Part shown: positions 49,678 to 58,734 of the stretch, piece by piece
Layout: the number at the start of each line of letters is the position of its first letter
Numbering within the stretch: the stretch's first letter is position 1
DNA from: an uncultured Pelagibacteraceae bacterium
GTDB lineage: Bacteria; Pseudomonadota; Alphaproteobacteria; Pelagibacterales; Pelagibacteraceae
Direction of reading: 5' to 3'
Assembly (NCBI GenBank): GCA_902527635.1
Contig: CABZPS010000002.1
Location: 2,125-66,124 of the forward strand
DNA: 64,000 nucleotides
Position numbers and translations under genes: made by a program
Notes under the pieces: model-generated
What the model was told of the DNA's origin: nothing
Seen by the model: only the letters and a program-made list of their open reading frames with translations
Database searches by the model: none

Positions 49678-50256
49678 CTATTGACTCCAAATTTTTTTTA
49701 AAATTTCTTCTCTACCACAAGCTTTTTTGTATTTCAAATACCTTTCTAGTTTAATCTTATAAAAGTCTTGGTGATAATCTTCAGCTTTATAAAATTTTTC
49801 AAAACCTCGAATGTACGTAACAACTTTTTTGTTAAATCGGTTTTCTAATCCTTTAATTTCTTTTTCTATCAATTTCTTTTCATTAGTATTTTGATAAAAT
49901 GCAACTGATCTGTAACTATAACCTTTGTCACAGAACTGTCCGTAAGAATCAAATGGATCTATATTAATCCAAAAATTTTCTAGTAATTCTTCATATGAAA
50001 TAATTTTTTTATTATAAACAACTTCTACAACTTCAAAGTGACCAGTATTTCCGTAAGTTACTTCTTTGTATGTTGGGTTCTCAGTAACTCCACCCGAATA
50101 ACCTGAAATTACTTCTTCTACACCGCTCAATTTTTCAAAAGACTCTTCCATACACCAAAAACAACCACCAGCGAAATATGCTTTATCTTTTTGAGCTGAG
50201 TGGGAAAAATTAATATTGGTAAGAATTATAAAAATTATTATAAAGTATCTCATCAA
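49678..50256 (-). CDS. msrA: Peptide methionine sulfoxide reductase MsrA with signal peptide
   Basis: AGGCFWC, GYSGG, GQFCD.G, AEDYHQ; hydrophobic N-terminus. Confidence 0.93.
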   Translation of the reverse strand: MMRYFIIIFIILTNINFSHSAQKDKAYFAGGCFWCMEESFEKLSGVEEVISGYSGGVTENPTYKEVTYGNTGHFEVVEVVYNKKIISYEELLENFWINIDPFDSYGQFCDKGYSYRSVAFYQNTNEKKLIEKEIKGLENRFNKKVVTYIRGFEKFYKAEDYHQDFYKIKLERYLKYKKACGREEILKKIWSQ

Positions 50257-50291
50257 ATATCATAAACAAAATATTTATGATAAGTCTATTA

Positions 50292-50330
50292 TATTAAAGG
50301 TAGCTACTTTTGAGTAGGCTACCTTTAATA
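50292..50330 (-). terminator. Stem-loop downstream of fdh
   Basis: TATTAAAGGTAGCTAC-ttttga-GTAGGCTACCTTTAATA (one bulge). Confidence 0.7.
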
Positions 50331-50344
50331 ACTTAATTTACGAA

Positions 50345-51544
50345 TTATTTTTTTTGGTATTTCGCCGCTTCTTCAGATCCACCAGTAGCTGAGCCTTTAC
50401 TGTATGAGTGAGCACCCATACCAGCTAATTGACCATCTTTGACAATTAAATACTGATTTCTAATTTCTTTGCCATCGAAGAAACATTCTAAAATCTCTCT
50501 AACACCATCCGCATATCTTGATTGTGCAGTTAAAGATGTGCCAGAAGTGTGAGGTGTCATACCGTGGTTTGGCATACTTCTCCAAACGTGATCATTTGGT
50601 GCAGGTTGAGGAAACCAAACATCACCAGCATAACCACTTAGTTGACCACTCTTTAGAGCTTTTGCAATTGCATCTCGATTACAAATTTTTCCTCGAGCTG
50701 TGTTAACAATGTAAGCGCCCTTTTTCATTTTACTTATCATTGCATCATCAAACAAGTTTTCTGTTTCTGGATGAAGCGGACAATTGATTGTTACAACGTC
50801 ACAAACTTTAACCATTGACTCTACAGTTTCATGAAATGTTAAATTGAGTTCTTTCTCAACACTCTCAGGCAATCTGTGTCTATCAAAATAGTGTAAATGC
50901 GTATCAAATGGTTTCATTTTTCTTAAAGCATCCAATCCTATTCTTCCTGCTGCAACAGTACCAATATGCATACCTTCAACATCATAAGATCTTTGAACAG
51001 CATCAGCAATATTCCAACCACCTTCGTTTACGATTCGGTGTTGATTATGATAATCTCTAACCATAGAGACAATCATCATCACAATATGTTCAGCAACTGA
51101 TCTTGAATTACAATAAGTTACTTCAACAACATCAATTTTGTTATCCATTGCCGCTTGCAAGTCAACGTGGTCTGATCCAATTCCAGCTGTTATTGCCATT
51201 TTTAAATTTTTAGCTTTAGCTATTCTTTCTTTAGTTAAGTAGTAAGGAAAAAAAGGTTGGGATATGACGATATCTGCATCAACTATATGTTTGTCAGCTT
51301 CGCAACCATCTCCATCTTTACTATTTGTAACAACAAATTCATGTCCGTTACTTTCTAAAAATTTTCTTAAACCAAGTTCACCAGATACACATCCTAGTAA
51401 CTGACCTGGTGTATAATCTCTTTCTTTAGGTGAAGGAAGTGTCATACCATCAGGATACTTATCTATTTTTGGTAGTTCTGATAAAGCGTAGGATTTTGGC
51501 ATTCCTCCTTTAGGATCATCATACAATATGCATAATATTTTCAT
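50345..51544 (-). CDS. fdh: NAD-dependent, metal-independent formate dehydrogenase
   Basis: LLGCVSGELGLR, SQPFFP, GIGSDHVD, AAGRIG, DRH, NTARG, DVWFPQP, PHTSG; start at MKILC with SD GAGGAG. Confidence 0.95.
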   Translation of the reverse strand: MKILCILYDDPKGGMPKSYALSELPKIDKYPDGMTLPSPKERDYTPGQLLGCVSGELGLRKFLESNGHEFVVTNSKDGDGCEADKHIVDADIVISQPFFPYYLTKERIAKAKNLKMAITAGIGSDHVDLQAAMDNKIDVVEVTYCNSRSVAEHIVMMIVSMVRDYHNQHRIVNEGGWNIADAVQRSYDVEGMHIGTVAAGRIGLDALRKMKPFDTHLHYFDRHRLPESVEKELNLTFHETVESMVKVCDVVTINCPLHPETENLFDDAMISKMKKGAYIVNTARGKICNRDAIAKALKSGQLSGYAGDVWFPQPAPNDHVWRSMPNHGMTPHTSGTSLTAQSRYADGVREILECFFDGKEIRNQYLIVKDGQLAGMGAHSYSKGSATGGSEEAAKYQKK

Positions 51545-51613
51545 TAAATCTCCTCTGTAATTAAAATTTAAATTGCCACATCTAACCCTATTTTTAAGGA
51601 TCAAGCAAATAAA

Positions 51614-52078
51614 TTATTTTTTACTTGGGTATATTTTTTTTAAAATAAAACGATTAATTACTATCGCAAAAACAATAATTATTACTGAACCAATTATTAC
51701 TGGGTTTAAAAGATAATCAAATGAGACGCTGCCAATTATAATAATAATTGGGTTTCCCCCTGCGGGTGGGTGAGTAACATTAAACAATATCATTAAGCCA
51801 ACACCCAAACCCACAGCTAAAGGGATTGTCAAAAATATTGGAAGTGGAATTAGATTTAGAAAAAACAATCCCACTAAAGCAGTTATAAAGTGTCCAAAAA
51901 AAACATTTTTGGGTTGAGCGAATGGACTTTCAGGATATCCGTATAACAAAACCATCGATGATCCAAAAGAGGCTAGTAAAAAAATACCTAATTCAGTTTT
52001 GTAAGTTAATCCAGTTAGTATTCCAATTGTAATTACCGAAAATAAACCGGCTAAAAAAGATTGTTTAATATTACCCAT
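51614..52078 (-). CDS. HPP family membrane protein
   Basis: SFGSS, P.SPFAQP.N…GH, HPPAGG; 4 TM segments. Confidence 0.88.
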   Translation of the reverse strand: MGNIKQSFLAGLFSVITIGILTGLTYKTELGIFLLASFGSSMVLLYGYPESPFAQPKNVFFGHFITALVGLFFLNLIPLPIFLTIPLAVGLGVGLMILFNVTHPPAGGNPIIIIIGSVSFDYLLNPVIIGSVIIIVFAIVINRFILKKIYPSKK

Positions 52079-52083
52079 TATAG

Positions 52084-52482
52084 CTAGTCTGATACTATTT
52101 TTTTTAAAGCTTTAAAAGGTAATAATATACAATCTTTTCGGGCAAAGTTCTCTTTTGTAAATAAATTTGAAAACAATTTTAGATTATTATTAAAAATTTT
52201 TTTATCTTTACCGAAGAATAATTTTGCCTCATCACATAACTTATCAATTTTATCTTTTTTGCTATTTATAGAAATTTTTGAAAGTAAACTCGCGGATGCC
52301 TGACAATATATACAAGAGGCTGTTTGATAACCAAAATTAACTATCTTTTCCCCTTTTATTATCAATTTTATTTTAATTTCATCTCCACATATAGAATTTT
52401 TTAACTTTGAGTAGTGAGTATGATTCTTAATATCCTTATTATTTCTCGAATTAGCTGCGATGTTTATTATTTCTAAATTCAT
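52084..52482 (-). CDS. IscU/SufU/NifU-N family protein
   Basis: NSICGDEI, CIYCQASAS, RKDCILLP. Confidence 0.8.
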   Translation of the reverse strand: MNLEIINIAANSRNNKDIKNHTHYSKLKNSICGDEIKIKLIIKGEKIVNFGYQTASCIYCQASASLLSKISINSKKDKIDKLCDEAKLFFGKDKKIFNNNLKLFSNLFTKENFARKDCILLPFKALKKIVSD

Positions 52483-52622
52483 ATAATTGCTTATATATAT
52501 TATAAGTATAAACCTTACTGTTTACCTTTTAAATATTAAAAAACGTCAAAAAAAGAAAAAATCTTTTTCCACAACATTTATTTTTGTTGTAGTTGAAATT
52601 AAATAGAATTAAATACCAATAA

Positions 52623-53528
52623 ATGTTAGAACTTAAAAATGAAAAAATAGCAGTCCCCATTGTATTATTTGCTGGTATTATCTGGTCATTTGGTCCGTTA
52701 GTAGTAAGATATATGGATGACCCTAATTTAGTGCCGTGGCAGTATATCTTTGTACGTGGTTTAACAATTTTTACTCTTTTAAATCTTTATTTATATTTTG
52801 AGGAAGGTAAAAATTTTTACAAAAATTATAAAAAAGTAGGTAAATCAGGATTAATTGGCGGTTGTGGATTAGGAGTGGCAATGATCTCATTTATTTACTC
52901 TATAACTAATACTAGCGCAGCTATCACTTTACTATGCTTGGCTGCGATGCCATTTTTTACCGCTCTACTTGCATTCCTTTTTTTAAAAGAAAAAATTAGT
53001 TTAAATGTATGGATTTCAATATTTATTGCAACAATAGGAATTGTAATTATGGCTGTTGGAAATAATGAAAAAAATTCGATTGTAGGATTTATTTTTGGTA
53101 TTACCTCCTCTATTGGTTTTTCAATATTTTCTGTGACTTTAAGATGGAGAAAAGAAACACCAAAATTTACTACTGTAGCTATTGCTGGTTTATTTTGTTT
53201 TGTCATAGCTGCTTCAGTAATTCTTATGAAAAACCAGCCATTTTTCTCTACAAGTTATAATTCTTCTATGTTCTCACTGCATGGCACTTTGGTTTGTTTG
53301 GGCATGATTTTGTATGCAATTGGATCCAAAGCAATTCCTGCAGCTGAATTAACTTTACTTTCATTGACAGAGGTAATTGGTGGAATTTTTTGGGTATGGC
53401 TTCCTTTATTTGGAATTAATGAGGTACCTAATACAAACACTATAGTGGGTGGATTTTTTCTTTTTATTTCACTTTTTTATTACAGTTTAATTATGAGATG
53501 GAATAAAAGATATATAGCATTAAATTAA
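52623..53528 (+). CDS. DMT/EamA family transporter
   Basis: About 10 TM segments, LKEKI, IPAAE.TLL. Confidence 0.82.
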   Translation: MLELKNEKIAVPIVLFAGIIWSFGPLVVRYMDDPNLVPWQYIFVRGLTIFTLLNLYLYFEEGKNFYKNYKKVGKSGLIGGCGLGVAMISFIYSITNTSAAITLLCLAAMPFFTALLAFLFLKEKISLNVWISIFIATIGIVIMAVGNNEKNSIVGFIFGITSSIGFSIFSVTLRWRKETPKFTTVAIAGLFCFVIAASVILMKNQPFFSTSYNSSMFSLHGTLVCLGMILYAIGSKAIPAAELTLLSLTEVIGGIFWVWLPLFGINEVPNTNTIVGGFFLFISLFYYSLIMRWNKRYIALN

Positions 53529-53573
53529 AATTTCATTGAAAAAAAAATATTATATCACTAATTATTTGATGAA

Positions 53574-54686
53574 ATGGAAAAAAAAACAGTAGTAAATAGT
53601 TGGAATGAGTGGGATCCACTAAAACATGTAATAGTAGGTAGGGCGGATGGCACTTGTATACCTGCACCAGAGCCAGCTTTAGACGCAAAAGTTCCAGAAG
53701 ACTCGGATATTAAAAGAAAGTTTGGTCCAAGAACGAAAGATACTGTCGACAAAGCAAACCAACTTCTAGATAATTTTTCAAATGTTTTAAAAAAAAGGGG
53801 TATCAAAGTTGATAGACCAGAACCAATTAATTTTAATCAAAAAATCTCTACTCCAGATTGGAAAGCCGAAACAATGTTTGGTTGTATGCCCCCAAGAGAT
53901 GTTCTTCTTACTGTGGGAAATGAAATCTTAGAAGCTACAATGAGTTATAGATGTAGATGGTTTGAGTATTTATGTTATCGACCTATATTAAAAAAATATT
54001 ATGAGGAAGATTTAAATATGAGACATGAGTCTGCTCCTAAGCCGAGATTGACTGATGCTGATTATAGAAAAGATTATTTGTCTGATAAAATCGGTATACA
54101 AAAAAGACTTAAATGGACCGAAGAAAAATTTTTTGTAACTACTGAGGAAGAGCCATTATTTGATGCTGCAGATGTTCTAAGATTTGGAAAAGATTTAATT
54201 GTTCAACATGGATTTACTACAAATTTAAAAGGCATAGATTGGTTGAAAAGACATTATAAAGATCATAGAGTTCACGCTGTTAACTTTCCAGGGGACCCGT
54301 ATCCAATACATATAGATGCCACTTTTACCCCAATTAAAGAGGGATTAATAATTAATAATCCTCAAAGAAGGTTACCTAAAGAACAAAGACAACTTTTTGA
54401 GAAAAATGGGTGGGAAATAATTGATGCTGCTCAACCCGCTCACAATGAACCGCCGCCTCTTTGTTATTCCTCAGTTTGGCTCTCAATGAACGTACTAGTT
54501 TTAGATCCAAAAACAGTCTGTGTAGAAAAAAGTGAAAAATATCAAGCAGAACAACTTGATAAATTAGGAATGGAAGTTATCCCAATTGATTTAAGAGATG
54601 CATATGCATTTGGAGGCGGACTTCACTGTAGTACAGCGGATGTATTTAGAGAAGGAAATTTAAAAGATTATTTTCCGAAACAATAA
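53574..54686 (+). CDS. Amidinotransferase (glycine / inosamine-phosphate amidinotransferase family)
   Basis: NEWDPL..VIVG, PRD, FDAAD, HIDAT, SMN, GGGLHC (Asp-His-Cys triad). Confidence 0.88.
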   Translation: MEKKTVVNSWNEWDPLKHVIVGRADGTCIPAPEPALDAKVPEDSDIKRKFGPRTKDTVDKANQLLDNFSNVLKKRGIKVDRPEPINFNQKISTPDWKAETMFGCMPPRDVLLTVGNEILEATMSYRCRWFEYLCYRPILKKYYEEDLNMRHESAPKPRLTDADYRKDYLSDKIGIQKRLKWTEEKFFVTTEEEPLFDAADVLRFGKDLIVQHGFTTNLKGIDWLKRHYKDHRVHAVNFPGDPYPIHIDATFTPIKEGLIINNPQRRLPKEQRQLFEKNGWEIIDAAQPAHNEPPPLCYSSVWLSMNVLVLDPKTVCVEKSEKYQAEQLDKLGMEVIPIDLRDAYAFGGGLHCSTADVFREGNLKDYFPKQ

Positions 54687-54701
54687 ATAAATTAATTTTA
54701 T

Positions 54702-55436
54702 TTAGTTTTCTTTTGATTTGTCAATATTAAATTTTTTTAATTGGCTCAAAGAACTTTTAGTATTATTATCTAAATTGTCAAATTTAGCACGTCTTTCCAT
54801 CTCTTTTTGTAATAACTTTTGTTCTCTTCTCATTTCTTCTTGTTCTTTTAGTTTTTGATCTCTATCAAATTTCTCTTCCCACTCCCTAATTTTTATATAT
54901 TCAATTTCTTTCTCTTTATCTATCTCTTCTCTCAATTTTTTTAATTCTCTATTTTTACGTCTTTGTTCTTTAAGATCTCTTTGATGTAATTCATCTGCTC
55001 TTACTTTTAAGTCTATATCTTTTCTATTTTGTTCTTCTTCTCTAATCTTTAATTGTTTTTCTTTTTCTCTCAACTCTTTTGCTACCAGAACTAATTCCTC
55101 ATCTTTTCTTACTAATCTTTCACTTTCAATTTTTTGTTTTTCGTCTTTAAATTTTATTTCTTTTTCTTTTAATCTAAGCTCATCTTCACTTACTTTTAGT
55201 TTATTACTTTCCTTAATTAATTTGTCTTCCCAGGCTTTTAAATCTTTTTTTTCTTTTAAAAGTGAATTTCTTTCCTCAAGTTTTTGTAATTTTATTGCCC
55301 TAATTTTGTTTTGTTCTTTATTTTTTTTATAATTTGATATTGCAGAGGTAATAGATTTTGTAGTAAAGGAAGCAATTTTTGACAGTCCATGCTTTTCTTT
55401 ACTTGTTCTAGTTCGAATTTTTTTTTTTGTTTTCAT
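54702..55436 (-). CDS. Highly charged coiled-coil hypothetical protein
   Basis: Long E/K/R-rich heptad-like run; start taken at MKTKKK. Confidence 0.65.
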   Translation of the reverse strand: MKTKKKIRTRTSKEKHGLSKIASFTTKSITSAISNYKKNKEQNKIRAIKLQKLEERNSLLKEKKDLKAWEDKLIKESNKLKVSEDELRLKEKEIKFKDEKQKIESERLVRKDEELVLVAKELREKEKQLKIREEEQNRKDIDLKVRADELHQRDLKEQRRKNRELKKLREEIDKEKEIEYIKIREWEEKFDRDQKLKEQEEMRREQKLLQKEMERRAKFDNLDNNTKSSLSQLKKFNIDKSKEN

Positions 55437-55538
55437 TTGTAAAAAGTTTATTTCACTAGAGAAATAATTATTATTCAATAAAAAATTTAAAAATATTATT
55501 TAAATTAAGCTTTTAAAGCTACAACCTGAAAGGGATAA

Positions 55539-56894
55539 TTAATTTAGCTCACTATCTGTTTTAACCTGTTCATCCTCTTTTTTATATTTTACGCCTTTTC
55601 TTTCAAGTATTTCTTTAACCTTGTCAGAATAAGGTTCTTCAATGTGTTCTGTCGATGGATTTAGCTCAATTCCAGCTGGTGTAATTGTTTGGGGCATTGC
55701 TACAAATTGAGAGTCAGGATTTTCAACAGTTTTTCTTACTTTCATTCTATACATCCCAAAAAAACCAATCACTGAATGAAAAAAAAATAAAAAAACAAAA
55801 AATCCATTTGGACCAACCAAATCCATGAATATTGAGCATAAAAACGGACCACTCATTGCACCTAAACCAAATACAAATTGAAGACCTGCACCAGCAGCTA
55901 CAAATTTTTCTTTTGGAATAAAATCATTAGTGTGTGCCAGAATTAAGGAAAACATTGGCAAACTACAAAAAGAAAAAAGAACCAAGAAAATATAAAACCA
56001 TGTTTTACTCGTTGCAAGTCCACCCGGTAAATACATCTGTCTAGTAACTAAAATCGTCATAATTGCAAAAGCTGCTGCGCTAAAAGTTGCAAAAACTATT
56101 ACTTTTCTTCGATCGTAAATATCCGATATTTTTCCAACCGGAAATTGAGAAATAGCGCCAGATATCGCCAGTAGAAATGTTACTATCGAAATTTCTAATA
56201 TCGTAAAATTCATTGAAGTCGCGTACACAGCTAATAGAGTAAAAAGTGCTGCCTGTATAGTTCCATAAAAAAAAGAGCTTACTATCCCAAAAGGTGATGA
56301 CTCATATAAATCTTTGAGTGTCATAACTTTAATTCTTTTAAATGTAGGTGGTTTTTTTTTGGTGAGCAAAATAGGAATTAAAGCAACCGATGTAATTACA
56401 GAGACTAGAATAAAAGGCTGGAAGTTTAGAGGACTACTAAAATTTAGTAAAAACATCCCAATTCCCATTGTTCCATAAAGTACGACCATGTAGATTGACA
56501 GAACACTTCCTCTATTTTTGTTACTTGATCTATCGTTAAGCCAGCTTTCTGCAACAGTATAGATACAAACCATACTTATCCCAGTCAGAACTCTTAAAAA
56601 AAACCATACCAAAGGATTGACAATTATCGAATGGATTAAAATGACCAAAGATGACAATGATGCAAATGCCGCAAAAACTCTTATATGTCCTACTCTGGAT
56701 ATAATATTAGGAATAGTTGCTGCACCTACAAAATATCCAACAAAATATCCAGACATCATGAAACCAGTTGAGGTTAAACTAAATTCTTCTTGCACTGCTC
56801 TTACTCCTAAAAGAGATCCTTGAAAGCCATAGGCCATCATAATACATCCCATACCCAAAAACAGCGCCCAAGAACTTTTTAAAACTTTATTCAT
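55539..56894 (-). CDS. MFS transporter (YcaD-like)
   Basis: 12 TM segments, ESWLN, G.ISD..DRR. Confidence 0.85.
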   Translation of the reverse strand: MNKVLKSSWALFLGMGCIMMAYGFQGSLLGVRAVQEEFSLTSTGFMMSGYFVGYFVGAATIPNIISRVGHIRVFAAFASLSSLVILIHSIIVNPLVWFFLRVLTGISMVCIYTVAESWLNDRSSNKNRGSVLSIYMVVLYGTMGIGMFLLNFSSPLNFQPFILVSVITSVALIPILLTKKKPPTFKRIKVMTLKDLYESSPFGIVSSFFYGTIQAALFTLLAVYATSMNFTILEISIVTFLLAISGAISQFPVGKISDIYDRRKVIVFATFSAAAFAIMTILVTRQMYLPGGLATSKTWFYIFLVLFSFCSLPMFSLILAHTNDFIPKEKFVAAGAGLQFVFGLGAMSGPFLCSIFMDLVGPNGFFVFLFFFHSVIGFFGMYRMKVRKTVENPDSQFVAMPQTITPAGIELNPSTEHIEEPYSDKVKEILERKGVKYKKEDEQVKTDSELN

Positions 56895-56950
56895 AAATAG
56901 CTGTAACTATTCGCGATGTATTACTAAATCAAGTCTTAAATGTAACAATC

Positions 56951-57811
56951 TTAATTTTTTCTTAACTTTAAAAAAGAATGTATTGCAATAGTGGTAATTA
57001 TAATTGCACCGCCTTGGAGTGTTTCTATACTAGGTTGCTCTTTTATGATAACCCAGACCCAAATAGGGCCAACAATAGTCTCTAATAGAAAAAAAAGATT
57101 AACCTCAGCCGCGGGTATAAATCTTGGGGCAATAGTCACCAATACAAATGGTATTGCAACACATAAAATACTCATTAAAGGAACAATAAATAAATCTGTG
57201 TCTTTGAGTACAAAACTTTCTATAAAAAATAAAGCAAAAGAGGCAACAAATAATTTACCTATTACAGCTGCAGGTACTAAGTTTTTTGTTTTGGCAGACC
57301 TAATTGTAATAGCTCCTATGGCCAAACCAAAAGCAGTTATAAAACCTAAAACATCCCCATAAAAATTTCCTACTTTTAGAGAGTCGAAAAAAATATAAAC
57401 TATAGCAAAAAAAGTAATTATTATAGAAATCAATGTTTTACGATCTGGTGGCTCTTTTAAAAAAATAGCACCAAGAATTGCAGATAACATTGGTGCGGTT
57501 GCGATCATAACAAGAGTATTTGCAACATTCGTATTTTGAATTGAAACAACAAAAGTAATATTCGTAATACTAAAAGTTGTGATATAGATTATTCCGTGAA
57601 AACCAGAGTTAAAAAGAATCTTAAAAAAATTTAATTTGTAAATTAACAACATTATAAAAAAAACGGTAAAAAAAGGTATGATACCTCGATAAAAAACTAG
57701 GCCCCAAGTATCAAGATTTGAAAGTCTTATAAATAATGAGTCTGGTGTAATAAACATTACAGCTACAAAAGCAAGCAAAGAGCCTTTTTGCTGGTCTGTT
57801 AAATTTTTCAC
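56951..57811 (-). CDS. DMT/EamA family transporter
   Basis: About 10 TM segments, IPAAEV, LETIVGPIWVW…E.P; GTG start. Confidence 0.82.
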   Translation of the reverse strand: MKNLTDQQKGSLLAFVAVMFITPDSLFIRLSNLDTWGLVFYRGIIPFFTVFFIMLLIYKLNFFKILFNSGFHGIIYITTFSITNITFVVSIQNTNVANTLVMIATAPMLSAILGAIFLKEPPDRKTLISIIITFFAIVYIFFDSLKVGNFYGDVLGFITAFGLAIGAITIRSAKTKNLVPAAVIGKLFVASFALFFIESFVLKDTDLFIVPLMSILCVAIPFVLVTIAPRFIPAAEVNLFFLLETIVGPIWVWVIIKEQPSIETLQGGAIIITTIAIHSFLKLRKN

Positions 57812-58734
57812 ACTTTAAGCTCTTTCCAAAAAGTTTTAGCAAGATTAATTTTTGAAAGATCATAATAAGTTTTTAACCCAGTAGGAGATGTAATATTGAT
57901 ATCACCGTTAAGCTTTTGATCAATAAAATCGATACCAGCAAAAAAAATATTATTTTTTTTTAGATCTTTTCCAACAATATTTGAAATTTTTTTTTCATTT
58001 CTTGTCAAATTAATATTTACTGGCTTAGCGCCTTTACTCATATTGCTCAAAAAAGACCCTTTTTTAGGAATTCTAGATATAGCTCCGCATACCTTGCCAT
58101 TAATTATAAACACCCTTTTATCACCATTTTTAATTTTAGGTAAAAATTTTTGACACATGACATAACCATGCTTTTTAATAAATTTAATTATAAATTTGGA
58201 TCTAAAAATTTTGATAAGATGAATATCGTTGCCACTGAAACTGTGGATTGGTTTTATAACAATTTTCTTATTTTTATTGAAAAAACTTCTAACTTGATGG
58301 ATATCCTGAGTAAATATTGTTTTAGGCATAAATTTTTGAAAGCTAGTGGAATAAAGTTTTTCAGAAACATTTCTAATTGAAGTTGGATCATTAATAATTT
58401 TAACTTTATTCTTAATAGTGTCTAAAATATAGGTTGATGAGATGTACTCTAAGTTAAAAGGAGGATCTTGCCTAATTAAGACATATTTACACTTGGAAAG
58501 ATCCAATTTTTTACTTTTTAAAATTTTAAAAAAGCTTTTTTTTTTATATTCAAATTTAATAAAAAAACCATTTGCCAAAACTTTTGAATTTATTATTGAT
58601 AAATTTTTTGGCTCATAATAAAAAATTGAGTAGTTTTTTTTCTGAATCTCATTTGCTAAAAATATAGTTGTATCTGTTAAAGGGTTGAGTCTCGTTGGAT
58701 GGTTTCCCTGAATAGCTACTATTTTATTTGTCAT
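57808..58734 (-). CDS. gshB: Glutathione synthetase
   Basis: RQDPPF, EKL, GDKRV, SNM..G, NITSPTG; start at MTNKIV. Confidence 0.92.
   Translation of the reverse strand: MTNKIVAIQGNHPTRLNPLTDTTIFLANEIQKKNYSIFYYEPKNLSIINSKVLANGFFIKFEYKKKSFFKILKSKKLDLSKCKYVLIRQDPPFNLEYISSTYILDTIKNKVKIINDPTSIRNVSEKLYSTSFQKFMPKTIFTQDIHQVRSFFNKNKKIVIKPIHSFSGNDIHLIKIFRSKFIIKFIKKHGYVMCQKFLPKIKNGDKRVFIINGKVCGAISRIPKKGSFLSNMSKGAKPVNINLTRNEKKISNIVGKDLKKNNIFFAGIDFIDQKLNGDINITSPTGLKTYYDLSKINLAKTFWKELKV

Noticed and set aside
52490-52506. CTTATA-tatat-TATAAG inverted repeat
   Set aside because: Almost pure A/T; expected by chance at this composition
54702-55478. Tandem DNA repeat or CRISPR-like array in the purine-skewed stretch
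   Set aside because: No exact repeats with spacers; skew is explained by Glu/Lys/Arg codons
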